From: Octopus sinensis
Lineage: Eukaryota
Direction of reading: 5' to 3'
Assembly (NCBI RefSeq): GCF_006345805.1
Contig: NC_043000.1
Span: forward strand, 140,306,001 to 140,370,000
DNA: 64,000 bases
Each line of letters begins with the position of its first letter. Position 1 is the stretch's first letter. The position numbers and the translations under genes are program-made. Of the stretch, positions 36,503 to 49,412 are shown in pieces. Under the pieces are notes generated by a model. It had not been told where the DNA came from, searched no databases, and saw nothing but the letters and a program-made list of their open reading frames with translations.

Positions 36503-37920
36503 CCCAGCCAATAGATTTTTGATGCAACAGCACCCTACTATAACGAGGTCCTAGCTGCTAGGAGATTAAGGGACCACAGCTCCTACATGCTGGACCCCAA
36601 CATCCATAGAAGGAAGCCCCACAAAAATATCATTTGGTTTGCACACCCCACCTTCTATCTTGTCTGTAGGTAGGATATTCCTTAAGTTCATAGATAAACA
36701 TTTCACTAGTTCACATAGATACAGACGCATAGTCAAGAAGCACGTCCTTAGGGTCTTTTTTAGCTGTGCCCCCAATATTAAGAGCATTCTAGCTAGCACC
36801 AGAGTAGGCAGGATGTTCATGCAGCGACCGCAACAGATGCCCAGTGAGGGCCCCTATGAAACCAAAGGAGTCATCAATGAAGCCAAGGTACTGGCCAATC
36901 CAAGCAGCAGCAGCACACCATCGGCAACTTCTCTAACGGCAACCACAGTAGCAGGGACATCAGTACCAATAATAGCAGCATCAGAAATGCAAACAGAACC
37001 AAAAGCACCATCGCCAGCTATAACAGCAATAACAACATCAACGACAGCAATGTCTGTATCCCTAATGACAACAGCAGCATCATCAGTAGCTGCCCTAATG
37101 GCTATGGCTACAGCAGCAGGGTCAACAGTTTTCATAGCAGCAGCAGCACCATCACAATAATAACAGCAACAGCAGCATCCCTAATGAAAAATAGCGGCAG
37201 ATACATCACCAATGACATCTACAACAGGAAAGACAGCACCTTTATCAATGGTGTTGGCCATAATAACAACAACGGTACCTTTACCAACTCTGGCAACACC
37301 ATCACCGTTGCCACCTCCAATGACACCAACACCAGCAGCACCAGCACCAACAGTTACAGCAAAAGCATTGGCAGCGATGCCAACACCAACAGACACACCA
37401 CTGCCAACATCCAACCACAGAGATACATCAGCTGTTTCGGGAACTCGTTCAAACAACACCTCTCCAGCCAAAGATCCTCCTTCAGGATACTGGAAAGGAG
37501 ATTCGTCACGTCATTTGCCAGCCATGTATGGCAGCTGATAGATGATGGGATTCCATACACAATATCATGATGAATTCTAGAAAATCCAGGCCCCTACAGT
37601 AATGGGATCAATTGCTCTAAATTATGCATAGCAGAATGGGCAAGGATCCTAAACGACTACCTGAACTCTGGAACGGAGGTCTCTGGGTTATTTCAGGAAA
37701 TTCCTGCTAGCCTATTGGAACCCACAGGATAACAGGGTCACCAGTGATTGATAGCTAAAGGGATACAATCTCCTTTGTTGACATTGAGTAATGTGGTCCT
37801 CTTCTTCACCATATTCTAGAGAGGCCACTCACTAGAGAGGCCTTTAGCCAACAGGTTTGGGGATCTGACGATACACCATGAAGCTAAGCATTTTATGGAT
37901 GTGAAACCTAAACCAGCCTC
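36503..37920 (+). mobile_element. Penelope-like retroelement relic (Naiad-type) with low-complexity insert
   Basis: APYYNEVL, GRIFLKFIDKHF...SCAPNIKSIL, CSCSDRNRC (CxCx5C, 36814-36840), GVINEAKV, YISCFGNSFKQ...HVWQLIDDGIPYTIS, CSKLCIAE. Hammerhead-like relic at 37865-37907. Confidence 0.85.
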
Positions 37921-37932
37921 ATCTAACTTTAG

Positions 37933-38222
37933 ATGATGATGATGTTGATGATAACCATGACAGTAATGAGGGTAATGATAGTAATGAGAATGATAATACT
38001 AACGATGATAGTGATGATGCTGGTGATGATGACAATTATGGCAATGTGAAATTGATGATGACGATGATGATGATGATGATGGGGATGAAAGCAATTATGA
38101 TGATAGTTTTGATACCAGTGATGACGATAATGATAGTGATGATGATGAACTGCAGGATGATAACGATGATGATGATGAGGATGATGATGCGAATCATGAC
38201 TGCGATGGGGATGAAGATCAAG
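37933..38222. repeat. Degenerate (GAT)n tract
   Basis: Directly visible. Confidence 0.9.
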
Positions 38223-38440
38223 ATATTGTACTGAAAAAGAAAACTGTTAGCATTAGATGTAGTGGTAGTAACCCTGTCAAGGATGAGTGATTACAGTGGT
38301 GACAATAGCAGTAGCTTTAAGTTTGAATTACAAAACAGCTCTACTATAACAAGAACAAATACAAAAAACAGTGGTCAAAAAATACATAAAAAAAGAAAAG
38401 AAAAAAACAACTTTCAAATCCCTACATAGATACACACAAC

Positions 38441-38479
<39 letters not shown>

Positions 38480-39744
38480 TATATATATATATATATACAA
38501 ATGTACGTATATACCAAAGTACTGCAAAAGTTTCTCTACTCTTGACTTCATTGATGACAATCCCAAAGGATCTGTTAAAACATTTTCCATCTTAATATAC
38601 TGTCAGATTGAATAGCAAGGAAACATTTTACCTCCTTCACAATATCTATCAATATTTAATTGTTTTTATATATATATTTTTTCTTTCCTTGTTAAATTCA
38701 TAACTTCCATCTCTGTTTCTTATTTTCTGTGGTTAAATTTTTTTTTTGTATGTATATATATATATATGCATGAATGTATATATATGTGTGTGTGTGTGTA
38801 TGCCTGTATTTGTGTTTAAACTTATAAATATACATATTTTTTCTTGTTTTTTTTTTTCTCATTCAATTTTTCACATTTATTGATTAATATTCAAAGAGCT
38901 AAATAATTGATACAGGTTTATACTTTCAAAAGACCCAAGATATTTTTAAAGCACAAAATTCTCGACAGAATGATTTATGAAGACAAACAGCTATTGAATT
39001 GTAAGAACAAAGAGTAAAATAACAAATAGAAGAAACAAAAAGTAACCCTAAACAAACAGTGTTCTGACAGGGAAAAATATACATAAACAGCAACAACAAT
39101 GTTATTCATTGGTAAAATATAATAAAATAGGTTACAAGTAAAAACATAGAACAAACCTGCCAAAAAATACCAAGTATAAAACAAAAAATTAACAGCCAAA
39201 ATAAAAGTAGTGGTTGAAATAAGCCAAAGAAATATTAGCTAAAATATAAAGAATCAAATAGATTCTATCAAAGAGGATAACACATTTTGCTGAAGAAGAA
39301 ACTGGTTGGATAATAGTGTGTCTTTATTTTTCCTTTGGATATGTGAAAGCTTGAACCATCTTAAGTGAATTGGATTACTATATAGATTCTTTAGGTATTT
39401 AAAAAAAAAAAAACAAATACAGAATATCTTCTTGTTCTGAGCTCACGAAATAATATCAAAAATATTTTCTTAAAAAAATATTTTTGTGCCAAAGTTATTT
39501 TCAAAGTAGTAACACCTTTATGGCTTTGGAAAGAAAAGAAGATTTAAATGCCAACTGGCCTGAAAATACTTTTGAAATATTAAATTCATACATAAAAAAA
39601 AAATGATATTAAAAAGAAAGGCAAATTCAGCTAGAAAAATAAACCATCATTGACCAAGCAATATGTCACTCACTGTGTGGAAATATTAAATATAATGGCT
39701 AAGACTGTAAAAGTTGTTTGAATACTTTATATATATATAGTATG

Positions 39745-40177
39745 CTCGTCGTCATCGTCGTTGTCATCACCATCATCGTCATCATCTACTTCATTTTAAT
39801 GTCCACTTTCCCATAGTTGCATGTATCAGACAGAATTTATTGAAGAAAATTTTTTCTATGGCAGGATGCCCATCCTATTGCCATCTTCACCTATTTTCAC
39901 ACAGGATGATATTTCCCCAGGCTGGAAATGTTTTCAAGGATGGTTAGAAATGAATGACACCGCTTGTTTACTAGCACATGATGTATAGAAACACAAACAC
40001 ATACTCACTCACACACACACACACATACTTACATACGATGAGCTTCTTTCAGTTTCCCTTGCTCCGATCTCCTCAGAAGCTTTTTCTCAGCCTGGGGCTA
40101 TTGGAGAAGAAACTTAACACAGGATACCATGCAGTGAAATGAAATCTGAAACCCTATAGTTAGGAAGCAAACTTTTT
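39745..40177 (-). mobile_element. Old SINE with family B head/core and RTE-type (D) tail
   Basis: Minus strand: ...GAAACTGAAAGAAGCTCATCGTAT (B core), then GGATGGCATCCTGCCATAGAAA...GGACATTAAA...GATGA. A related tail lies at about 30660-30870 (+). Confidence 0.65.
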
Positions 40178-40191
40178 AATTGTCAGTGGGC

Positions 40192-40222
<31 letters not shown>

Positions 40223-40350
40223 TTGTACATATGTTTATATATATATTATATATATGTATATATATATACATATATATACATATATATATACTTATATATA
40301 TACATGTATATACACATATATATATACATATATATACACACATATATATA

Positions 40351-40400
<50 letters not shown>

Positions 40401-40866
40401 TGTATAGCGAAGGAGAGAGAGAGACAGCGACCCATCTGTGTGTCAATATGTAACTTGTTATCATTTCATATTACTTCACTATCTAACTATCTTTATAAAT
40501 TAAATATAAACCTTCAAAAAAATGTATCCATCACTCAGTTTCAATGACAAGTAATAGACATGTTATTAATGTCACTGAGAAACACAGAAATATTTCAAAA
40601 TCTCATATCTTTCACCCTTCCTTATAAATTTCAGGTCATGTGCATTAAAATAAATATTTTCACACAAGGCTGAATTTGCGTTCGTACAGCATTCAGCTTA
40701 CAGTTGATTAACTCTGAAATTTGGTTTCAATTCTGGCAAGGTCCCAGTCTACTTCATATAAATTTGTTATGTGTTTTGGAAAGCCATATATGCTACAACT
40801 CCTTATTGTCTTTCCCTGTGTGGGTAAAAATTAGTTTCTCAAAGGAATACTAGATTACAGAATCAG

Positions 40867-41252
40867 GCAGGAAGCACTCCGTCGGTTATGACGACGAGGT
40901 TCCAGTTGATCCGAATCAACGGAACAGCCTGCTCGTGAAATTAACGTGCAAGTGGCTGAGCACTCCACAGACACATGTACCCTTAACGTAGTTCTCGGGG
41001 ATATTCAGCATGACACAGAGAGTGACAAGGCCAGCCCTTTGAAATACAGGTACCACAGAAACAGGAAGTAAGAGTGAGAGAAAGTTGTAGTGAAAGAGTA
41101 CAGCAGGGATCACCAACATCCCCTGTCGGAGCCTCATGGAGCTTTAGGTGTTTTCACTCAATAAACACTCACAATGCCCGGTCTAGGAATCGAAACCGCG
41201 ATCCTATGACCGCGAGTCCACTGCCCTAACCACTGGGCCATTGCGCCTCCAC
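40867..41252 (-). mobile_element. SINE family C
   Basis: 15-bp TSD AGATTACAGAATCAG at 40852-40866 and 41253-41267. Confidence 0.92.
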
Positions 41253-41695
41253 AGATTACAGAATCAGCATTGCATACAAATAATATAATTTTCTAAAAAA
41301 TAGACTCAAAAACTATTTTGAATTTAGAAAAGATTGTTATGGTGAAGATTCAGAATGAGGATTTTAAGTGTTTACTGAACTCACAAAGTTAAAAAAGAAA
41401 TATTAAAAGAAGCACACAACTAAAGAATCTATATTTCAATTTTCAGGTACACCTCTTTAAATTAGGTCAGATAGATGCCAACCGATGAAATCGAAACTGG
41501 GACCTCATGATTTCAAAGGGAATTTCTTTACTAGCTGATTATATTGTGCCTACTATGCAAAGTAATATACTTGACAAATACATATCACAACTGTGTGTGT
41601 GCATGTGTGTGTTTGTGTGTGTATACATACATACATTCATTCATTCATGTGTGTGCTTGTGTGTATGCATATGTGTGTGTTTATGTATGCATGTA

Positions 41696-42946
41696 TTTGG
41701 TTGTTTCAAAAATATTAGCCGATTTCAGAAACATAATTTTATTTTGGAAAAATAAACAATAGAAATGCTTTGAATAGTCAAATTATGAGCCGTGAACATC
41801 TATGCATGTCTCCCATCAGTCAACGAGATTATTCATGCCTCGTTGGTAAAAACCTATTGGCTTTGAAAGGTGATTCCACCTCTGGTTTGGACCTGAAAGT
41901 TTTATCACTTAAAAACGTGTTTAAATGCTTTAAAAAATGCTAGTCAGTGGGTGAAAGATGAGGAGAATATGGAGGACGAGGTAAAGTCTCACATCCCAAG
42001 TCTGTAAGTTTCTGCAGCATCATTCTTGCACCATATGAATTTGCATTATTGTGGAACAGAACTGAGCCACACCGATTCACCTATGCAGGTCTCATTTTTT
42101 GCAAGTGAGCATGTATTTCAATGAGTTGATTGCAGTGAACTGCTGCTGTAATGCTCTGATTGGCTTCCAGAAAGCTGTAAATGACAACACCAATTGCAGA
42201 CCACCAGACAATCACCATAATCTTTTGCTGATGCAACTTTGTCTTTGGGAAATGTTCGGCAGACTCATCACAACCAAGCCAATGACCTGATCGTTTATGG
42301 TTATTATAAAGGGTCCAGTTTTCATCACAAGTGACTATTCGGTCATGAAAAGGATCATTGGTGTTTCACAGAAGGAACATCAAGCACAGTTCAAAATGAC
42401 AAACTTTGATTTTTAGTGAACTCATTTACTGAGCTTTTTCACCTTATCAATCTTCTGTAGATTGTGTGTGACCATTGCAATACTGACACCAGATGCCTGA
42501 GACATTTCTCTGACACTTTGACGTGGGTTTTCTTCAACAATTGCTTTCAACTGTACATTGTCAAGACTGCATGACCGTACTCTACCATCTTCATCTTCAA
42601 GGCTCTCATCACAACTAAAGAATTTCTGAAACCACCTTCATACTGTGCGATCACTTGTGGATCCCTCTCCCCATGCTCTATTGATATTGATAGCAATCTG
42701 GGAGGCACTATGTCCAAGCTTGAACTCATGCAAGAAGAGTAAGCAATGGTCCTTTTTGTCATGTTCATAATTAAGGGTGCCAATGGTTCAAGAATATTTT
42801 CTGTCTGAAATAAATTGAAAATATTAAGGAGCATACATCAATTATCAAGTATGTCAAAATTCACCTAAAATATAATTGAAATACTATGATAAAAGTGTGT
42901 TTCAAAACACAACACTTAGAGTGGCCATTATTTTCAGTACAACAAA
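41696..42946 (-). mobile_element. Old near-full-length mariner (cecropia-like), decayed
   Basis: Minus strand DPFHDRIVTCDENWTLYNNHKR. Imperfect TA-flanked TIRs at both ends. About 1.25 kb. Confidence 0.75.
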
Positions 42947-43029
42947 TATATGTGTGTGTATATATTTATGTTTATATCTATGACTATATATATATACATA
43001 TCTCTCTCTCTCTCTCTGTATATATATAT

Positions 43030-43062
<33 letters not shown>

Positions 43063-43067
43063 TTATA

Positions 43068-43220
43068 GATTGACTACTAAATCCACAAGTTTTTTATTCT
43101 CTCTGTTTATTTTGTCATGTTCCTTTCTGTTGAAGAGCATAGGCTCAAATGTAAAAGACTTTCTCACTTTCCCAAGCATTGTCTTTGTCTTTTGTTGTTC
43201 TGTAAATTTCAACTACATAT
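43068..43220 (+). mobile_element. Penelope pLTR-like short repeat, copy 2
   Basis: Homologous to 7365-7555. Contains CTGTTGA-A-GAGC-ATAG-GCTC-AAA. Confidence 0.5.
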
Positions 43221-43530
43221 ATACATACATACATATATTTGGCAATATATAAACACATAGACTACTTATTCATTCTTCACTTCAGATTTATTATTGTTCT
43301 TATTTTTTGTTCTTTATCTGGCAAACTTTTGTCACACATTCTGTGGCCTCTTCAGTGACTCTCCATTCCGTGTATCTCCTCCTGTTCTGTTCACTCTATT
43401 CTGTCTATGCATGTTTAAAAAAAAAAACAGAAAAGAAACATGACCATCCCAAGGTATAAGAATAGTTGTTTCGTACATGATTTCCCATTAGGAATCTTGC
43501 AAAACAAATACAGAAACATATGTATACATA

Positions 43531-44811
43531 CGAGGGACGTTCAATAAGTAATGCCTCTGACCCACTTTCAGTTGTTTGATCTAGCTAAAATTTTGCATGT
43601 GCAATTATTTATATCTCTATAGAGTAAGTGGCAAATTACAGCTCTGAATTAATTGTGGTTTCTGATTTACAGGTGTTTGAAGCGAGTCAAGTGTGAAACG
43701 GAGCCTGTTGAGTGTCGAGCAGTGATCCGGTTTTTGTATTTGAAAGGACGCACACCACGGGAGACTTTTGATGAAATGAAAGTAACTTATGGTGATGATG
43801 CCCCATCATATGACCTTGTAAAACGCTGGCATCGTGAATTCAAACATGGTCGGAACTCTGTGGAAACAGCTCCTAGATCTGGTCGCCCCCTTCTGCCATT
43901 GATGAGGCATCTGTCCGTCAAGTTGAGGCTGCCATTTTGGAAGATCGACGCATAATTATTCGCCAAATAGCTCATGAGGTCAAGATTAGTACCGGGTCTG
44001 TGGAAACTATCATTCATGACCATTTGCATATGCAAAAGGTGTCTCCTAGATGGATTCCCAGGTTGCTCACGCCTTTCCAGAAGCAAGAACGCGTCGAGTG
44101 CTCGAGGTGAATTTGGAGATGTGCCAAGAAGATGAGTCAAAATTTTTCAAAAGACTGATTACACAGGATGAAACCTGGGTCCATCACGATGATCCAGAGA
44201 CCAAATCCCAGTCAATGCAGTGGAAGCACCGTGACTCACCCCCTCCAAAGAAGGCAAGGGTGCAGCCCTCCGCTGGCAAGGTCATGCTCACAGTCTTCTG
44301 GGACCAGGACGGAGTAGTGATGACAGATTTCCTGGCAAAGGGTACCACGATTGCAGGAGCCTATTATGCTTCACTTTTGAGGAAATTAAGAGAAGTTATC
44401 AAAATCAAGAGGCGGGGCAAGATCAGCAAAGGCATCCCCTCCTCCTGCAGGACAACGCTCCAGTCCACAACTCACTTGTCGCCAGATCAGAAGCACAGGC
44501 GTATGGCTATGAACTCCTCCCCATCCCCCCTACTTCCTGACCTTGCACCCTCTGATTTTCACCTCTTCCCAATCATGAAGTTGTTTTTGAAAGGAAAGCG
44601 TTTCCCAGATGATTCAGCCTTGATTCTGAAGTCACGTTGAGGTGGAGACCAAGCTGGGTTCTTCTACAAAAACGGTCTCCAGAGCCTCAAACAATGGGAG
44701 AAATGCGTAACTCTGGGTTTCCTATGTAGAAAAGACTAATAACTGTGCCAAGTTTCGTTGCTCTACTGCTATGGGAAGTGGGTCAGGGCATTACTTATTG
44801 AACGCCCCTCG
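43531..44811 (+). mobile_element. Full-length mariner (1281 bp), frameshifted DD34D transposase
   Basis: TA TSDs. TIR CGAGGG.CGTTCAATAAGTAATGCC..TGACCCACTT. Motifs RSGRP, WIPRLLT, ITQDETW, LLQDNA, PDLAPSDFHLF. Confidence 0.95.
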
Positions 44812-45565
44812 TACATACATATATATAGAGTTTTATCTTAACAATTATAATGCGCACTCTTCGACTTTTACTAATTCCCCTCTGTCTATCTCTCTCCCTC
44901 TCTTGTTCTTAATCCTTTCTGGTTTTCTATCCCACCCTTCCTGATTCTTCTCCTCTCCCCTTCACCATTCCTGTCTCCTACTCCTCCTCGACTCACTCAT
45001 CACTGACAAGTGACCAGAGTGAAGCCATCTTTCCAACTGCTATCTTCATCGAGACAAGACGGCTTATCCTGTCCCTCTCATAAGCTGTCTCCTTAATGCG
45101 CTCAGAATAAGTTTTCCATCGTCTTGGCTTAACAACCCTCATCGTTTGTTTTTACCGTGTTATTCTCCTTGTCCTGTCTTTTAGTGTTTTTATTTGTATT
45201 GTTTTTAATGTCTTGTTTTGTTCTTACTGTCCTGCTCTTGTTACCACTTTTACCCCTCTGCAAAAAATACCTAATTTTATTTAATTTGCTTTGCGGGATG
45301 GACTGTCTCAACGAAGCCGCATCTTGTCCTTACGTTCAAAATGCGGAGTAGATGAAACAGGGACAACTGAAAAAGGGGAATATTTCTTGTGTTGTATGTC
45401 TTGTACCGTGTTTTTTTGTTGTTTGAAACAAGTTTGTTTCCATGTTTTTGTCTTTATATTTCCGTTTCTCATTGTGTTCAACGTTTTTTTATGTCGTGTA
45501 CCCATATATGAATGTATATATACATATAGATGTAGGTATGTACATATATCTATGTATATATGCAT

Positions 45566-45869
45566 ATCACGTGATCACGTGACCGACCAGACCATTAGAT
45601 GTTGTTACACATCGCTGGTCACAATGCTTTTGCATTGTTTTAGCCTTCGAATGACGCCACCTCGCTGGCTAAGCGAGCAGGCCAACAGAAGAAAGAGTGG
45701 GAGAAAGAGTAGTGAAAGAGTACAGCAGGGATCACCACCCCCTGCCGGAGCCTCGTGGAGTTTAGGTGTTTTCCGCTCATAAAACACTCACAACGCCCAG
45801 TCTAGGAATCGAAACTGCGATCCTGCGACCGCGAGTCTGCTGCCTAACCAATGGGCCATTGCGCCTCCG
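45566..45869 (-). mobile_element. SINE sharing the family C head but with a different 3' half (C2)
   Basis: First ~180 nt match family C, then diverge. Ends in (CACGTGAT)2. Confidence 0.85.
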
Positions 45870-45942
45870 CATATATATATACATATGCAATATATATATG
45901 CATTATATTATCTATATATTATATATATATATATGCAATATA

Positions 45943-45977
<35 letters not shown>

Positions 45978-46374
45978 ATATTATATATATATCTTACTCA
46001 GAAATTAGAAAGGCTATTCTGTTAATTTAATTTTTTAAAAATTATCCTGTATTCATCACAAAACTACACTGAATGATAAATAACTTTCCCAATAAAGCTA
46101 GCACTAAAAACATCATAGTTTGCAATTTTTGTTACAGATAAGAATCATATTCTATGTAATGATATAGTTAACTCATGTTCTTGACAATATTCTTAATAAA
46201 TATTGATTTTTGACTCCTTCGGCTACCATTGAATAATATACACAAGAAAATTGAATTATCATTTGAAAGGTGAGTGTGAAATGTATACTGATAAAGTCTA
46301 TGAGAAAGGAATGTTATTTCTTTTAGTTTAGTTTTGTCTTTAATTGTTATCAATTGCGATTGATATGGGGGGGG

Positions 46375-46750
46375 GTCACGTAAAAAGCACCATTCGAGCG
46401 TGATCGTTACCAGCATCACCTTACTGGCACTTGTGCTTGTGACACATGAAAAATCATTTTAGTGAGGTCATTGCCAGTGCAGCTGGACTGGCTCCTGTGC
46501 AGGTGGCATGTTAAGAACACCTGTTGAGCATGGTCGTTGCCAGTACTGCCTGAATGGCCCTCGTGCCGGTGGCATGTAAAAGCACCCACTACACTCTCAG
46601 AGTGGTTGGCGTTAGGAAGGGCATCTAGCTGTAGAAACTCTACCAGATCAGATTGGAGCCTGGTGCAGCCATCTGGTTCGCCTGTCTTCAGTCAAATCGT
46701 CCAACCCATGCTAGTGTGGAAAATGGACGTTAAACGATGATGATAATGAT
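46375..46750 (+). mobile_element. Family D (RTE 3'-UTR)
   Basis: Four modules plus core and tail. Confidence 0.85.
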
Positions 46751-47049
46751 GTGAAAGGGTAGTTTTGCCTTTAGTATGTTAGCTCAAACTGGAGTTTTAT
46801 TTGAGGTGCATGGTATTACGCTTACTGGGTTTTCCCCCTATGTCATTGACATATTGAGATCTATTGCTTTTGTTGATTTTGCTTTGTTTTAAATGAATCC
46901 TTTACTAAATTATAGATAATCCTATGAAATTCAGGAAACATAAAGATCTTTTCCAAAAGAAAAATAAGAGAACTTTTCAGCCATGCTTTCAAGGTACCTT
47001 CATGTATCATGAAGACCAAGTTACCCATTCTTCAATAAGACTGAGGTGA

Positions 47050-48330
47050 GTAACCCACCTTGGTTTCCTCTTTCCTACCAACACATGAGTTTGTGGTCAC
47101 TTCGGAAACAAGAATACTTACTCCACAACGTAAGATTACTAAATATACATGAAGAAACAATCATCAAGACTAAGGTTTGCAGGATGCATGCTTTTGTGTC
47201 AACCTTCAATAACTACAAGAGACCTGTACTCTTTAATTAATTTGGCATGACAGTGTTTTTTCTGAAAAATCATGATCATAAGGTATGGAAAATCCTAGAC
47301 CTGAGCAGTAAGTTGGCAGTTCTAGATATGAGCAGTATTGAAGGCAATGTCTTCAGTCTAGTACCAACCCCTAACAGGGGTAAGATAATCATATTTCTCT
47401 TCAAGTGTTTTAAGAAACTTCCTTTTGTAATCCTAGCGGAATGGAATGGTATTTTAGATACCACGATGGGATTATGGGGTACTAGCAATTATGAATATAG
47501 GATGAAAAAGCTTCAAACATTTCAAACAGATTTACAGCTCTGACTGAACTTCCTGAATGTGCTAGTGTACACATGGTGTACCTGCATCAGATCATCAAGA
47601 TTGTATCTAGACAAGGATTTTGTAAAATAGCCTTAACTTCAACTGAGCAACTAAATGGACCAGAAGTTTACAATCTGAATGCTTGAATGATGCAGGACTA
47701 ACACAGAACCAGCAACTGAAAAACCAATCAAATGATTTGTGACATCTAAAGTCTGCAGAACTTTCTGACATCTAAAATCTGGAGGCACATGGCCTAGTGG
47801 AGAACATGTACTTTACTGAAGTCTAGTGCAAACTTTGATGGTCTAGTACAACTGGTTTGGATGATCTGCCCTATTATCATTATGCCTAAGTGTCAGATTT
47901 TTCACCAGCTTCTTAACAGATATTTACCATAACTGGCAGTAAAACAGAAGAAATCCCAGTTGCATGAGTTGGGCAGTGATTACACAGCTAAGAAAGCAAG
48001 CAAACAAGTGTGATATAATCGATAATTTCTGGCTCATAACTCTGTAGGATGATACAGAATTCAACATTTTGGTTATGGTGTTAGGGGAAAGGTTAGCACA
48101 TTTCCCAACAACTTGTGTGTAGCTGGGAAAGCAAAGACATACGCACTTCTGATCTGCTTTATCCATTAAGCCCTCCTCCTCATACAATATATCAAAAGCA
48201 TAGGTAATAAAACTGGGACCCTAATCAACTAGGATTAATAACTACTTGGTGGCTATCTTCAAGAGGAACAGTTTCAGTCCCATTTTCAGTAACTGTATTT
48301 CGAGGACTCAACAGATAAAGGAGTGTCAGT
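47050..48330 (+). mobile_element. Highly decayed L1/Tx1-like LINE (APE and RT remnants)
   Basis: VILAEWNGILD (GDxN-like), YTW...SRLYLD, DNFWLITL*DDTEFNILVMVLGERLA (RPITLLN..KILA..L..RL-like). Confidence 0.6.
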
Positions 48331-48422
48331 CTAGGCCCTGATACTCTTTACCTTTGAACTATGAAATTTGATATAATTCTATTACAAAATAAAGTATGAG
48401 TGGATATAACAAAATATATAAA

Positions 48423-48638
48423 TGACGGGGTACTGAAAAGTTCCTGGCTTTAAGGGTATCCTAAAAGGCATGGTTGGAATCCCAAACTCTGAGTTCTTTT
48501 ACAGGAGTTAGATAAACTGAAGGACTGCTGCAATAAGTGTGTGAATCTGAAAGGGGAATATGTTTAATAAAATCATACTCAACTGATCCTCCTGTATTTT
48601 CTTTTACCCAAAGTCTGGAATTTTTCAGCACCTCATCA
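48423..48638. mobile_element. Mariner-type MITE
   Basis: Imperfect TIRs TGACGGGGTACTGAAAAGTTCCTGGCTTT / AAAGTCTGGAATTTTTCAGCACCTCATCA, followed by TA. Confidence 0.7.
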
Positions 48639-49255
48639 TACATGTATTTTGAATGGCTATAAGGACACTACTTTGATGCAATTATTTTATTTCTAGATCT
48701 AAATAAAAAAAGAAAAAAAAATTTCGGAAATATTTTTATCAGCAAATATCTCAATATCTTTGAAATCCTTATTTGGTATAAGAAATCAATACTAATCAGT
48801 ATAACATTTTTTAAGGTTTTAAAGGAATATTCTAAGGCTTCACTTTCATTTCTCCATCAAGCTGCTTGCAGAATTACAGACACGTCATTGAAACTAGGTC
48901 ACAGTGGTAGAGAGATCCTTACCATTTCCTTTGTATCATTGTAAAATTCTGTTCTAAATCCAAACAATTGAAAACCTTCCACAAATATATGAATTCAAAA
49001 TAAAAAAAAATTTAAATCATGAAATATTTCTAGAAAATATCTCAATGTCTTTATTCTGTTATTTAGCAAGATAAAAATAATTATAGTAGCATTGCTTTGG
49101 ATTATATAAGTGAATCTTTTAAAGGTATTGCTTTCATTGTTCCAACTAGCTATGCAGAGAATTAGAGAGGAAAATAAAGCTTTAGAGAAATAAAATTGAA
49201 GTGGAAAAAAAAATAAACGGATATAATATTCATCAAGTTAATAAAATAAGCTGAA

Positions 49256-49412
49256 TTATGATAATAATAATAATAATAATAACAATAATAATAATAATAA
49301 TAATAATGATAATAATAATAATAAAAACAATGATAATAAAAATAATGATAATAATGATAATAACAACAACAATGATAATAATAATAACAACAACAACAAC
49401 AACAACAACAAT
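49256..49412. repeat. (AAT)/(AAC) compound microsatellite
   Basis: Directly visible. Confidence 0.95.

Noticed and set aside
37933-38260. Strong minus-strand acceptor followed by a His-rich open frame
   Set aside because: The frame is a degenerate (CAT)n microsatellite with no donor site or homology evident.
46981-47045. Exon-like segment (TTTTCAG...GAG|GTGAGT)
   Set aside because: Lies at the edge of a decayed L1/Tx1 relic and has no supporting neighbours.
48680-49165. Old ~300-bp-period tandem duplication
   Set aside because: Weak similarity in very AT-rich sequence that cannot be confirmed by eye.
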